From: Rebecca billardiae RCC1528
Lineage: Eukaryota > Protista > Haptophyta
DNA: 64,000 bases
NCBI GenBank assembly: GCA_965240325.2
Contig: OZ251239.1
Location: 930,001 to 994,000 of the forward strand
Reading direction: 5' to 3'
The notes under the pieces were generated by a model, which saw only the letters and a program-made list of their open reading frames with translations, searched no databases and was not told where the DNA came from. Shown piece by piece: positions 34,501 through 46,000 of this stretch; positions within the stretch are counted from its first letter, which is position 1; each line of letters opens with the position of its first letter. A program made the translations under genes and the position numbers.

Positions 34501-37071
34501 GACGCCTTCGCCGCCGCCGTCAGCCGGCGTGAGGTTGCTGCGTGCGAGCTGCAGTCAGCGCCGCCGCGGGCCATTGCGCCCCCCGTCCAGCACGCCGCCC
34601 CCGCGCTCCACGACTCGCCGCCCAGCCCGGACGAGACGGACGCGTTGCCGCCCCGCCCGCGCCGGGACGTGGTCCCGACGTCCACGGACGTGCTCATGGG
34701 CGCCTCCGCGGTGTGCAGCGCGCTCGGCATCGGGCCATGCCATTGGGCGCCCGATGGCGACCCGCCCGGGCTCATGACGAACGCCGCGGCCATCGCGGAG
34801 GCGGCGCTCACGTACGTGCAGTCGAACTACGACGTGATTGGGGGCACGGCGGCGTCGGCGGACCTGCTGCACACGCTCCACCAGATCATGGTCGCCGGCC
34901 GCCCGCAGCGCTCGTTTGACAGGCCTCTCCCCCGGCCGGGCGGTGGGACGCGCGTGCGCGTCGCAGGCGTCGTCGGCGAGCTGCCCGTCCATGAACAAGA
35001 GCTGATGCTCGCCTCGAAGCACACGTGCGTCGCGGCGGCCATCGCGTGCGCCTCGGCGCTCGTGCTGCGCGTCAAGGCGGCACACCTGCGATACGACGCC
35101 CTCGCCGACGTCAGCGTGGGCGATGGTGCGTCCTTCGAGGCGGCGGACTACCTCACCAAGGTGCGCATCGTCAGCGCACGGCTCGTCGCGCCCGAGCGGA
35201 AGAAGCGGCTCACCTTCGAGCTCCTCGCCGTCTCCGAGGATAACGCCGGTGCTTACGACCGCGTGCTCAACGCCGACACGAGCTCGCGGGCACTCCACCG
35301 GGACGAGGTGCTCGAGTTCACCTACGTGCCTTCGAAGACGCGCTCGTGGAAGTCGACGGAGGCGCTGTCAACGCACAGCCGCGCGGCGGCCGGCGACGAC
35401 GCCGACGCCGGCAACTTCGGCACGCTGTTCTTCGTCCCGCACATGCGCGACCCCGTGAAGGCAGCCGCCCTGGCGCGCCCGCCGCCTGCCGGGACGCCAC
35501 CTGCCGCGCCGCCCGTGGGTGCGATTGTGGACTTTCGCCCCTTGTGCATCAGCGTGTGGGCTGACATCGTCCCGTTCTGCCAGGATCGGCTCTGGACGCA
35601 CCCGGCGGACCCAGTCACCGGCAAAAGCAGCGGCGTGGACGCGCCGAAGATGTACGCCGCCGCGCTCCACAGGCGCGCGCCCTCGCTGGCGCGGCACGTA
35701 CAGGCGGCGCCAGCGCGCAAGCGTCGCCTGAACGAACGCGGCGCCGACGCGGGCGGCGCGGGCGGCGCCGCCGGTGGGCGTGTGGTGGCGCGCCGGCCGG
35801 TCGGCGACCCGGGCCGCGTCGCCGTCACACGGCCATCCGCCGTCGCGCGCGCACCCGGGCCACCCGAACAGGCGACGCGCATGTGCACCGAGCTCGCTGC
35901 GGCCCACGCCCAGCTCGCTGAGATGGTGCACGGCATCCCCAACGCAATGGCACAAGCGATCGGACAACTCGCTGCGAACGACGCCAAGCGCCAGAAGGAC
36001 TACGAGGCCTGGCGCGCGGCGGACGACGAGCGGCGCCGGCAGGAGCGCGCGGCGGACGAGGCCTGGCGCCAGCAGGAGCGCGCGGAGGCGGCGCGCCGAC
36101 GCGACGAGGATCGCGCGGCCGCAATGAAACGTGACGAGATCGCGAGCGCGATGGTGGCGTCTATGCAGGCGTTGACGCAGTTCATGATGGACCGCAGCGC
36201 AGGTGGCGCACAGCCCGGCCCGCACGCGTCGGCGCACGCGGCGTGCGTCCAGCTGCCAACAGGCGAAGCACCGCACGGCGCGCACGCCCCGGCTGCGGGC
36301 CCGTCGGTGAGCGCTGCGTCCGCTGCGCCCACGTCGCGCGCACCCACGGCACGGCGTGGCGCGCCGCCGCCGGTCGCATTCGGCCAGCGCGCGCGGCGCC
36401 GAGTGCCGCCCCCTGACTCGCGTGTGCCCGCCAGGCCGCTGCACTGTCGCTCCGTGCGCCGGCCGCGCAGGCCGACGAAGCCCCCGCGGGCCAGCCCCCG
36501 CCGGCCGCGCAGTAGACGCCGACCCACAAGGGCGCGTCCTGACGTGCCCACGCGCCGCCCACAGGTGCGCGCACACACCACATCGGGCGGCGCCAGCCGT
36601 GCGCACGCCGAGCGGCGTGTACGCGCAGCCCTGGCTCAGTCGCGCCCGACCGCCCCCGTGCGCGCGCGCGCGTCGCGGTGGCGTGCACAGGCTGCGCGCC
36701 ACCCGGGGCGGCCACGCGGGTGGCCGCCACCGCTGGCAGCATCTGGCCACGAGCTCGGCACCCGGGGTGCCGGCGGAGTGGCTCGTCGGAATCGCCGTGG
36801 CCTGAGCCCGGTTCTCCGAGCACACGGCCACAGGCACCCCCCCGGCCAGCGCCTCTGCGCCACTCGCAGTGACGGCGCCACAAGGGCCTACGGCGGGGCC
36901 CGCCGAGAAGGTCTTAGCGCAGGTCTTAGCGGGATGCAAGCAGCGCCACGCGCGACAACACTGATACACGCCGCCGGGGGCCCACACTGTGCCGGCCCGT
37001 GCTATGTCGTCGTCAGCTCGGACGCAGGCCGGCCGGCCGGTGCCGTGAGTCGGCGCCTGTCGTTCTGTTAG
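31372..37071 (+). CDS. MULE accessory gene (mudrB-position ORF) of unknown function; true start and 3' exon structure uncertain
   Basis: 1899-codon ORF starting inside the left TIR. (GAEQ)n and Ala/Pro repeats, globular coding-like segments at 33580-35700 and a coiled coil at ~35880-36190. The first ~80 and last ~230 codons look intron-like. Confidence 0.65.
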   Translation: MRRRGARRKTCSRARHEGRSMPRTTLRGYACHARGRRARAAWSRAAHRARVCLRSRARRALAHVVTPCVLRRCAASCPRAARRPPPPAGTTPTATSFANGAAVDVVYEQGAPAVRAVVAALGVGAHGRVQTYVLRAAEGVSAHAWAAVPGDTVGASADGTVEGAGSLKRVPAAHVRAPPAGEQCAEQGQGAEQGAEQGALLGALLGAEPGAEQGKQAAEQGAEPGAEPGAEQGAEQGAQPGAGQGAGQGKQAAEQGAEPGAEQGAEQGKQGAQPGAGPGAEPGAEQGKQAAEQGAEPGAEQGAEQGAQPGAGQGAGPGAGPGAEQGKQGAEQGAEQGAEQGAQPGAGHGKQAAEQGTEPGAEQGAEQGAQPGAEQGAEQGADGRPARHGSTRVGGGSYAAQGIQQEAAGQRGAQGAAHHNGRGGVRTRAMRRQPPLAPPAEALPGVTSAPAPPSAPTAVAGVTAAPAAPPAAAGGPATSDERAEPPRAPVATLAPAPPPPPAPTAVAGVTAAPAAPPSAAGGPATSDERAEPPRAPVETLAGATGVTAAAPAPPPAAAGGPATRAERAEPPRAPAEAPAAATGVTAAAPAPPAPAAAADGPAGVNSDDAGGAASGEVARAATASTATRAERAEPPRAPAEARAAATGVTAAAPAPPAPAAAADGPAGVNSDDSGGAASGEVARAATASMGGAAAGAAGSHSHAPQQAPAAAQPGGGGHADDGGGVYGSGDGGSRELFAMSDVLQHVDHFFSGIYGKRRRFGGDTPAAPAQAHAHVLVRPSAVADADARTTKHGPQPNNGRLVPAILRFNRAFASRHLGGGGGTVRVVNVVCDATNNKHFGVLTDADAVRELCASGALYTRSEVDDAVREFYAGAAASVGGSVSELALRAAGEHFGVHGPLPYVLDADVRVALADAEADDDGVAGGDAPWVHRALALPSMRRSGQAVFGLPAVVAQAPSWCALVPTPLRAPAEQGTSPLLHAAVAVVDYRSVDTDDTDESEPVVGAHAYAIRFEKGWRLLTFATRPPSGAAGAMTAATCTDLTVDAFAAAVSRREVAACELQSAPPRAIAPPVQHAAPALHDSPPSPDETDALPPRPRRDVVPTSTDVLMGASAVCSALGIGPCHWAPDGDPPGLMTNAAAIAEAALTYVQSNYDVIGGTAASADLLHTLHQIMVAGRPQRSFDRPLPRPGGGTRVRVAGVVGELPVHEQELMLASKHTCVAAAIACASALVLRVKAAHLRYDALADVSVGDGASFEAADYLTKVRIVSARLVAPERKKRLTFELLAVSEDNAGAYDRVLNADTSSRALHRDEVLEFTYVPSKTRSWKSTEALSTHSRAAAGDDADAGNFGTLFFVPHMRDPVKAAALARPPPAGTPPAAPPVGAIVDFRPLCISVWADIVPFCQDRLWTHPADPVTGKSSGVDAPKMYAAALHRRAPSLARHVQAAPARKRRLNERGADAGGAGGAAGGRVVARRPVGDPGRVAVTRPSAVARAPGPPEQATRMCTELAAAHAQLAEMVHGIPNAMAQAIGQLAANDAKRQKDYEAWRAADDERRRQERAADEAWRQQERAEAARRRDEDRAAAMKRDEIASAMVASMQALTQFMMDRSAGGAQPGPHASAHAACVQLPTGEAPHGAHAPAAGPSVSAASAAPTSRAPTARRGAPPPVAFGQRARRRVPPPDSRVPARPLHCRSVRRPRRPTKPPRASPRRPRSRRRPTRARPDVPTRRPQVRAHTTSGGASRAHAERRVRAALAQSRPTAPVRARASRWRAQAARHPGRPRGWPPPLAASGHELGTRGAGGVARRNRRGLSPVLRAHGHRHPPGQRLCATRSDGATRAYGGARREGLSAGLSGMQAAPRATTLIHAAGGPHCAGPCYVVVSSDAGRPAGAVSRRLSFC
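31915..32515 (+). repeat. 12-bp coding minisatellite (gagcagggcgcc/gagccgggcgcc)n, ~50 units
   Basis: Seen directly; encodes [15 protein letters not shown] units. Followed by ~126-bp and ~192-bp tandem duplications at 32700-33435. Confidence 0.9.
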
Positions 37072-40000
37072 CTGGCACCTGGCGTGCTCAGGCGGCGTGG
37101 TGCGCACTCAACGTACCCCTGCAAGGGTGATGTAGCTCGCATGAAGTGCGCCAGACGCCCCTCGTTGTTGTCGCGCGCCGAACGCGCCTCCAGGGGCGCC
37201 GTCGCCGACACCACCGCGCCGAAGTGGCAACGGCCGTCGTACACCACGGCCATCCACGTCGTGCCCAACTGCGTGACGTCCAGACGCTGCAAGGCGCGCC
37301 GCGTGCGCTCGTCACGCAGGCGCAGGTGCGCATGCGTGCTCACGGCGACGCTGCCCTTGCGCCCGCCGTCGTCAGTCCGCCGCCAGCGAAGGCCCGGCCG
37401 CGTCTGCACGGGGTACAACCAGACGTTGTCGGTGAACGCGCGCCACGCCGCCTCCTCCGGCGTAGCCCCGCCGCGCAGCTCAAGGACCACCAGCGGCAGG
37501 CCCGTGGCGCGCGCCGTCGCGACGTGCGAGCCCCACGCCGACCACGCACCAGCGCGCGCCGCATGCGCGCCAGCGCCGTCGCCCGTGTACCGGGCGCCGC
37601 GCGCGTACGCGCGCGCCGCTGCTCCCAGCGTCCGCACGCCTCCAGTATGTCGCAGTGGCAGTGGCAGCACCTCCTGCCAGTCCTCGTCCTGCACTTCGAG
37701 TCCTTGGCCGGTGCGGGCCCGGGGGATGGATGCTGGCTTGACGCCAAGCATGCCGAGCGCGCTTGCCGCCGACGCCGTGGCCGACGCCGTGCCGAGCGTC
37801 TCGCCCGGTCCGTGCTCGTCCTCCCACGACGCGATGTACGAGCACACGCCGTCGCGCAGCGTCTGCGCGCGCGCGTTGGCGGCGGGCAGGTCGGCCCGCA
37901 CGCCACGCGTGTCGTGCGCGAGCCACGCGTGAAAGTAGCAGTCGCCATCGCCGGGAACGTCCTGCACGCTCGTGCCGCCGCCGAAGAGCTCGCGGATGGC
38001 CGCGGCGACGTTGCCGTCGCCATCCACGCCGCCGGGTGCTCCGGTCTGTGCACCAGCCCGCGCCTCGGGCGGCAACGCCGGCGGCAGGGGCAGCACGGGG
38101 AAGCCCAGGCGCTCGAGCAGGACCGCGGCGTCGTCCACCGGCGCGTGCACGTGTGCGGCGGCCGCCGGAGCCACCGCAGCCGGCGCAGCCCCGTGCCCGG
38201 CGGGCGCCGGCGCCGCCGCACCCGCGTCCACGGTGGCGTCCGTCGCCGCCGCGGCGCGCGGCGCGGCTGCGCCGCGTGGCGCGGCATCACCCGCCGTCAC
38301 GTCAGCGCGGCATCGCTCCGCCGTCACGTCAGCGGCGGTCTCGCCCAAGGCCAGGCGCAGCCCCAAGCCCACGTCGCACCGCCATGCCCCGTCGGAGCCG
38401 TCGAGAGGGACCACCTCGGTGCCGAACGCGCTCGGGTCCAGCGCATCCACCTCGCACCCGCGCCGCCTGGACGCCAGCCTCACGTGCGCGTCCGCAGCCG
38501 GCTGGAACGCACTCCAGCGCGACGCCGGCAACACCCCGTGCGCGCGCGGGGTGGCCTGCGGCGCAACCACTGCGTAGAACTGCCGGCGAGGACACACGTT
38601 GCGCACGATGGCCACCCAGCCGGTGCCCATCGCCCCGACGTCGAGCGTGCGCAGGACGCGTGCGTGCGTCTCGCGTCCCAGGCTCAGGCGCGCTTCGCAC
38701 AGCGGACGTGCGTCCGCGTGCGCGGCGCCTGCGTCGGGCGTGTCGGCGCGCCGGCGCTTCGCGCCGGCGCCCCCGCGAGCGCGTGGCGCCGCCGGCGCCG
38801 GCGGCACGCGCACTGCCGTCGGAGGATACCACCGCACGTGCTCACGCATGGCGACGCCGTGCACGTCGCGAGCTCGGCGTGCGTAGGCCATGTCGAAGAC
38901 GAGGAGGTGCACGCCGGCGGCGCGAGCGACTGCCGCGTACCACTCAGGGCCATCGCACGTGTTGCCCGGGCTGCTGACGTACCCGTCGCACGTGTACTCC
39001 GCCGCTCGCACTGCCAGCGTCACTGCGTCGTCCAGATCGCGCACGCCCTGGCCGGGGGTGTGCCACGACGACGAGTCGTCGGGGGCCACCATGCGCAGAG
39101 CCCGCAAACGCGCCTGCCCAGCTTCGTCGCCACCTGCGCTCTCCGGGGGAAGTGCGCGCACGTCAGCGCCGCACAAGCCGATGAAGCGCGCCTGCGCTCG
39201 CAGGTCCTCTGCCGACTCGGCCGGGCCCAGCGCGCCACCCCAGCCGACGGAGTGCTCGGTGGGCGTGGCATGCGCGTGCGCGGCCAGCCACGACGCGGCC
39301 GCCGCGCGCAGGCGCCGCGCGCAGCACGCCCACCACAGGGCCTCAAGCGTGCTGGGCGGACGCGCCCGCGCGTGCGCGTGCGCGAGCACCGCGTGCAGCA
39401 CGTCGTCACCGTCGGCTGGCACGGGCAACGGCTGTGCGGCGCCCGCGCCCCAGAGGTCGTCGAGCACTGCCTGGGCGCAGCAGAGCCGTAATCGGGCGAA
39501 TTCGGCGTCGTGGTCGTCTGCGCCGGCGGCGGCGTCGGCGGCGTGGAACAGGCGCACCGGCGCGTGGCGGTCATCGCCCGCGGCGCGCGCTCCAGCGTCG
39601 CGCACCGGCAGACCAGTGCGCGCCAAGTGGGCGACCGCGTCGTCCGCGGTGGCGACGGCTGTGTCGTCCGCGGCACCAGACGTGCCACGCGCCGTCCCCA
39701 GCAGGTCGGCGCCTGCGCGCGTTGGGCCCGGCGTCGGCACCGACCGCGCCGCCGACGATGGCCCCGCCGTGGACGCGCGGGCGCCCGCCGCCTGGCGCGA
39801 AGCCGGCGGCAGGCGCCCATCCGCGGCCGCACCGCCCGCGTCGTCGGCGGCGGCCGCAGTCCGAGGGCGCTTGGGCGCGCACGGCGCAGACGCGGCCCCC
39901 GCGCCCGCGCGGGAGGTGCCAGCCGCGGCGCCCGCCTGGCCTGCGGCGCCTGCGCCCGCGCCGCCGCCGCCAGCCAGGACGTCCGCCAGGCCCGCCGCCG

Positions 40001-43000
40001 CCGCCGCGACGTCGTGTGCGCCTGCGTGCGCCCACACGTGGGAGGCCGCGTTCGGAGCGGCGCCGCCCGAGCCCCTCGCGCCGCCACTGCCCTCGGCGGG
40101 CACGGCGGGCGACGCGTGCGCGCGCGCCAGCTCGGCGGGGGCGGCGGCGGCGCGCGCAAACTGTGCCAGCACCTTGCCCGTCGTCGCGCTGGACGCGCCG
40201 AATGCGTCACCGGCCGTCTCGCTGAGCGTGGGCCACGGTGCTGACAGGCCGCGACTGCACATGAACATGGCTGCCCTGCCCCGACCGATGCCAGGTATGC
40301 GCCGCAACGCCGCGAGCACTGCGGCGCTGTCGTCAGCGAGGCGCGCGTACGCCGACTCGGACTCCGCCGCCTCCGCCGGTGGCTCTGCCGCGCCCGCGCG
40401 CGCCCGAGGGACTCGCGCACCCGGTGGCGGTGGCGCGTGGGCGCCGGGCCACGGGGGGCGGAAGGGATGCTCAGTCGCCGCCAGCGGTACTGTGTCGCCC
40501 GTGGCCGGCAGCGGCTCCGCGGCGTGCGCGCGCGCGCGCGCGGCGGGCGTCGTGCCGGCGTCCGCGCCACTGCGCGGGCCCGTCGTGCCCTCAGGCGGTG
40601 CGGCCGGCCGCTGCGTGGCGGCGTTTGGCATCGGTGCCGTCGCGAAGCCCATGCGTACGCCGGTGCCGCCAAGTGCCTGCGAGGCGATCGCGCGCGCGCA
40701 GTGCCGGCGCGGGCCGCCGCGCGCGCCCGCGCCCGCCGCGGCGGCGCCGTCGCGCGTCTGGGCGGCCGCCGGCTGCGCGCGCCCGGGCGCGGGCGCCGCC
40801 GCGCCGCGGCCCCCGCGGCCGCCTGCGCGGCCCCCGCGCGCGCCTGCGGTGCGCGCGGGGTCGCCGCGCGCGGCCCCACCGCCGTGCTGTCCGCGCATAC
40901 GGTGGTATGGCACGTCCTCCGGCCTCGCGCCGCGCGGCCCGTCGGGCGCCGCCGCCTCGCCCGCCGCGGCTGCGCGCGCTTCGCGCAGGCGCTTCCACGC
41001 CCCCGCGACGAGCAGGAAGTAGCAGCACGTGCACATGTACAGCCCGCTGTCCAGCGCGCCGAGGTGCCACACATACTTGCACTGCGCGGGCGAGTGGATG
41101 AAGCAGGCGCAGCCCTGGCACGCCAGTCGGGGGTCGATCGGCGGCGAGTCCGCCGGCCACGCCGCGCTGAGGTCCGCGGCCTCGGGGTCGAAACACGCGC
41201 AGCAGCGCAGTTGCGCGGCGGCGGTCGTGCCGGCCGTGTACGTGGCAAAGTGGCGACGTCGCTGGTTCGCAACCACACCCTCGCGGAGCGGGCCGGCCAC
41301 GCGCACGAGCACGTTAGTGTCGTCGAGCACGTGCGTGTGCGCGATGCCGTACAGGTGCTCCGGCAGCCCCTCGAGCACACGCGCGAGCTCGTCGCGGTGC
41401 GCTTCGCGCACGCGCCGGGCGAAGTCGCCGTCCGGGGCTTGCTCCCTCAAGGGGCGCACGTACGACGCCGCGGATTTGCCCAACTGCACGCGCGGCGCGC
41501 GCGCGCGCGGTGCGCGCGGGTGGCGCGCCCCGGCGCGGCCCTCCCAGAACGCCAGCCGTCGCGCCGAGGACGCGGGCCTGCCCACGCGCGCGGGCACCGC
41601 TGGCATGGCCACGTACTTTTCGAGCAGGGCGCGCTTGGCGAGAGCGGGCAGCAGCAGAGCCGCAATGGCGTCCTCCAGGCGCTGGGGCGGTGTGATGACG
41701 TCGAGCTTGGTGATGGCCACGACGCGCCCGAGCGTGTCCACCCGGGTGTCGTGTGCGTCGCGCTCGACCCGAAGGCCCACCTGCGCGAACCACGTCTCGC
41801 AGCGCAGGTCCTGGGGCAAGCACGTGCCCATGGCACGGCCGACGGAGGTCGCCACGCGGCAGAAGTGCATGCACGGCAGGCGCTTGCGGCGCAGCAACGC
41901 GCAGCACCGGAACTCGTCGAGGTACACGTGGCGCGGCGCCGAGCCGTCCGTGGTGTTGAGCATGCGCAGGGCACCTGCGTGCGGCCCGTCGAGGACACGG
42001 TGCACTTCCACCTGAGAGAGCGTGCGCGCCGTGCTCACCTGCTGGCGCACGTATTCCAGGTGCCGTGGCGGCAACCCGTGCACCTCATCATCGGCGTCGG
42101 GCTTCAGGGCGTGGCGCACGGCGACGCTGCGGTGCGTCGCGTAGAGGCGAAAGAGGTTGTCGTGCAGGTCGAGCAGCATCCACACCGGGCCCTGCGCCTT
42201 GCGCACCGGCAGCAGCCAGTGCATGAAGGACTCCGCCGGCGCGGACGTCACGTAGCCGCGCAGGGACACCGGCGCGAAGCACGGGAAGAGCTCCTCGCGG
42301 GGGATGACGTCGAGGATGCGCTTGGCCGACTCTGGCATCTCCACCCAGGCGGCCTCCCACACCTCCTCGGTCAACGCGTCCACGCACGCGTCGAACACGC
42401 GCAGGATGGTGGGCACCTCGTTCGCCGAGTGTGCGTAGCCCGTGATGAAGGTCTGGCGCTTGTGGAACGTGCACAGGAAGAGGTGCCTGCGCGGGCACAG
42501 CAGCTTCCACGCGCCGCGCAGGCCCTTCTGGCCGTCCGAGATGGTGACGCCGTTGGGGTCGTCCCACACAGCCGCCCCGCCGAGGTGCTGCATGAGGTAT
42601 CCGACGTGCGCGCACCACGAGTCCAGGCACTCCACGTCGACGATGTACGACACGCACAAGACGAACAGCTGCCGGTTGGCGTTCACGGCCAGCGTGACGA
42701 AGAGCATGCCTGCGTCGCGCGCGTGCGTGCGCGCGGGCAGGTCAGACGGGCGGGCGCTGAGGCGGCACGGACGCACGCGGCGTCGCGAGGGCGTGCCCGG
42801 GTGCGGCGGGCGCGCGCACCCGCGCGCTTCGCGCCACCGCTGGCGGGGCGGTGCAGGAAGCACGCGTCGCTGAACGCGGCCGTGTTGCCCTTCGCGTGAA
42901 AGTGCTCGCGGTAAAGCGCCTTGGCCTGCTTGGGCACGTAGTGGAAGCCACCCACTGCCTTCTTGCCGCGCACGTCAGCCAGCGCCTTCTGCACCTCCGC

Positions 43001-46000
43001 CGCGTCGGGGTTGAAGGCCGCGCGCTGCGCGCCCGCCGGCAGCCCCTGCTGCACCTCGTCGTGCACGCGGCCGAACATGGCCAGCAGCGCGTCCTCGACC
43101 GAGTTCTCGTGGAAGATGATGGGCGCGACCTCGTTGCCCTCCTGCGACAGCGACGCGCACACTGCCACGAGGTCGCGCGACATGGCCGTGTCGTCCCCGT
43201 AGATCTCGGCGCGCGCTTCTTTGTGCGCTCGCGCGATGAGCGATTCACCCATGGGGAGCTCTGCGTCCAGCTGGCGCGCGACCTCTCGTGCTTGCTGCGG
43301 GCCGTAGCACAGCTGCGCGTGCGTGGTCCCGCGCCGGGCCAAGCGCGCCTTCCAGTCCTCGACGATCGCCCGCCCGAGCTCGTGTTGGGAGTACGGCGTC
43401 GTGCGCACGCCCGGCTGGTTGGTCGGGCGCGGCAGCGAGCCGATGGGGTGTTCCTCGGACCCCTTGCCCATGCGCAGGTTGCGGCACATGGAGCCGTGCG
43501 CGACCGAGCGTTGCACGGCCCACGGCGGCGCGCCAAACGTGTCCACGTACTTCGACGGGCCCACCACCACCACGGACGGGCACCCGGGCGTGGGGCATCC
43601 GATCGTCAGCTTGGCGCGGTCGACGCGCCGCGTCGGCGGCATGGCCCCCCGGTGCAGCGCGCACTCCGAGGCGTGCGTGAGCGCGTCGGCGAGGCGCGGG
43701 TACACCTGGCGCACCATCGGGGGCTCGAGCAGGGTGGCGTCCGCCTTCACCTGGGAGTACGGGCGCGGCGCCCGCAAGCCCATTTTCCTCCACAGTGCCA
43801 GGGGCCGGAGCTCGAGGCGGTGCGCTGCCGCCGACGTGCTCGCCGAGGTGCTCGACGGCGCGGAGTAGCGGAAGTACCCGGCGTCACCGCCGTGGTGCAG
43901 CGACTCCGGCGCAACAAGCCGGGCGCCGGCCTGGCCGGCGCGGGGCTCGGCGGGACCGGTGGAGGGCGGCTGCGCGCGAGCGACGATGGGTGGACACGGC
44001 ATGAGGGCAGCCAGCGGGTCGCGCGCGCGAGCGGCGTCGCTGTCGGCGGACTCGTCCGCCTGCAGTGCCGCCTGCGCCGCGCGCGCGCGGGCGTCCGCGC
44101 AGTCGTCGTCCGCGATGCCCTCCTCCCAGTCGCGCACGTCGATGGCGGCACTGGCGGGATCGGCGTCCGTGACGAGCGGCTCGCCGCGGGCGTCGGACTC
44201 GCCGACGCGCATCGTCGGCCAGTCCGCGCTCAGGGCGAACAGCGGCGCGTTGCCGCGGGCGGCCGCCGTCGTGTGCGTCCTATGGCCCACGGACGCGTCG
44301 ACGAGGGGCACTCCACCGCGCGCCCATGCGGGCGCCGACTTCTCCGTCGCCAACGCGTCGGCAAGGTGGCCACCGAGGTGGGCACGCTGGCCGGCGTGCA
44401 GGGCCAGGGCGAGGTCCCCGCCGGACAAGAGGCCACCTGCGTGCGGCAGCGCAGGGAGGGCCCTCAGCCGCGCGTCGTCGTCGTCATTGCCGCCGTCGCC
44501 ACCGGAGGCGCCGCGCGGCTGCGGCGGCGCGCGCGAGGCGCAGCCGGGCGGCTGCGCGATCACCGCGCGCGCGCTGCTGCTGTCGAGGGGCGGCCCCGCC
44601 GGGTGGAGTGGCGGGCGCGCCGTCGCGGCGCACACAGCAGCGCCGGGCACCGTCACCGCGACGCAGGGCACGGCGTCGCCCGCAGCGCAGGGTGCGCCCG
44701 GCGCTGGCGTTGCCACGCGAGCGGGCGAAGAGTGCCCATCGCCAGGCCGCGGCGACGCGGGCTCGTGCGCGCCCGGCGCGTCCGAGCTCGAGCTTTGGCG
44801 GGCGCCGGTGTGCCGCAGCGGGGCGGACGCTGCGTCGGGGCGACGCACGGCCGTGGGCGCGCGCGGCCCGACAGCCGGGTCGTCAACGCCATCGGCGCGT
44901 GGGGGCCGCGCGCCCTCGTCAAAGGGGGCGCCCACGTGCGCGCCCGTGCCGTGCGCGGCCGCGGCGGTGGGCGCGCGCCCACCGCCGTCGGCGTGAGGCG
45001 CGGGGTGGCCGCCCGCAAGCCCCACGACGTGGGGCACGGCAGGCGCCGCTGCGCGCTCATGTGCGAGCTGCGCGCCGTCGGCAGCGCACACGGGCAGCGC
45101 CAGCTGCAGCGCCGACTGCGCCCAGGCCCGCTGCTCGTGGTCCGACGGCGCCTGCTGGCCGTGCGCCGCGGTCGGCAGGTCGACCACCAGGCGGGAGACG
45201 TACTCGTGGTGCGCAGGCGAGCCGAGCCGGAAGCGGGCGTCAGCGCCAGCGCGCGTGGGCTCAGCCCCCCAGCGCAGCCTGGTCTCAAACGAGTGCTGGA
45301 GCCCGCGCTCGAGGGCGGGCACGAGCCGATACGGCGTGGGAGGCGGGTCGGAGCGCGCCGCGCACGGCGTGGCGGCGGGGCGAGGCGCGCTCGGCGGCGG
45401 CGTGAACGAAGCGCGGAATGTGTCCGCGAGGCCCCGCCCCCCGAATGAGAACACAGCCTTCAGGACGAGCGCGTCCGCCGCACCCTGACGCGTAGGCCTC
45501 TTGCGCGAGGACGACGGCACGGACCCCGAGGACGCGGCGCGCGCACTGGGGGCCGAGCGGTGATGCCACATGGCGGGGAAGATGTGCACTGCACCTGCGC
45601 TTTCCTGCAGGGCAACGTCGCCGTGCAGCGGCACGGCGTCGGCGCGCGCACCGGGGGGGCGCGCGCCGACCGTCTGCAGCGGGAAGGGATTGGTGGGCAC
45701 ACTTTGCGGCAAGTGCAAGAGGACCACTGCCGTCCACAGATGGTCCTCGTCGGTCGTGCCGTCGACGTGCCACCCGTACGTCGTGACGTCGCCGTCGTCG
45801 CACGTGCCGCGGCCCCCGTCGGGCGGACGCATCGGCCGCCCGAAGACATGCCAGGCCGTGAGGTCGAGCGCGTCGAGGCCGCGGACACCGTCAGAGGCGT
45901 CGCCGCGGAACAACGAGCTCACGACGCCCTTCAGCGCCGCCACCACGCGCTCAAAGGCGCGGCACCCCAGCACCGAGCGCGCAGAGGAGCCGTGGTCGCC

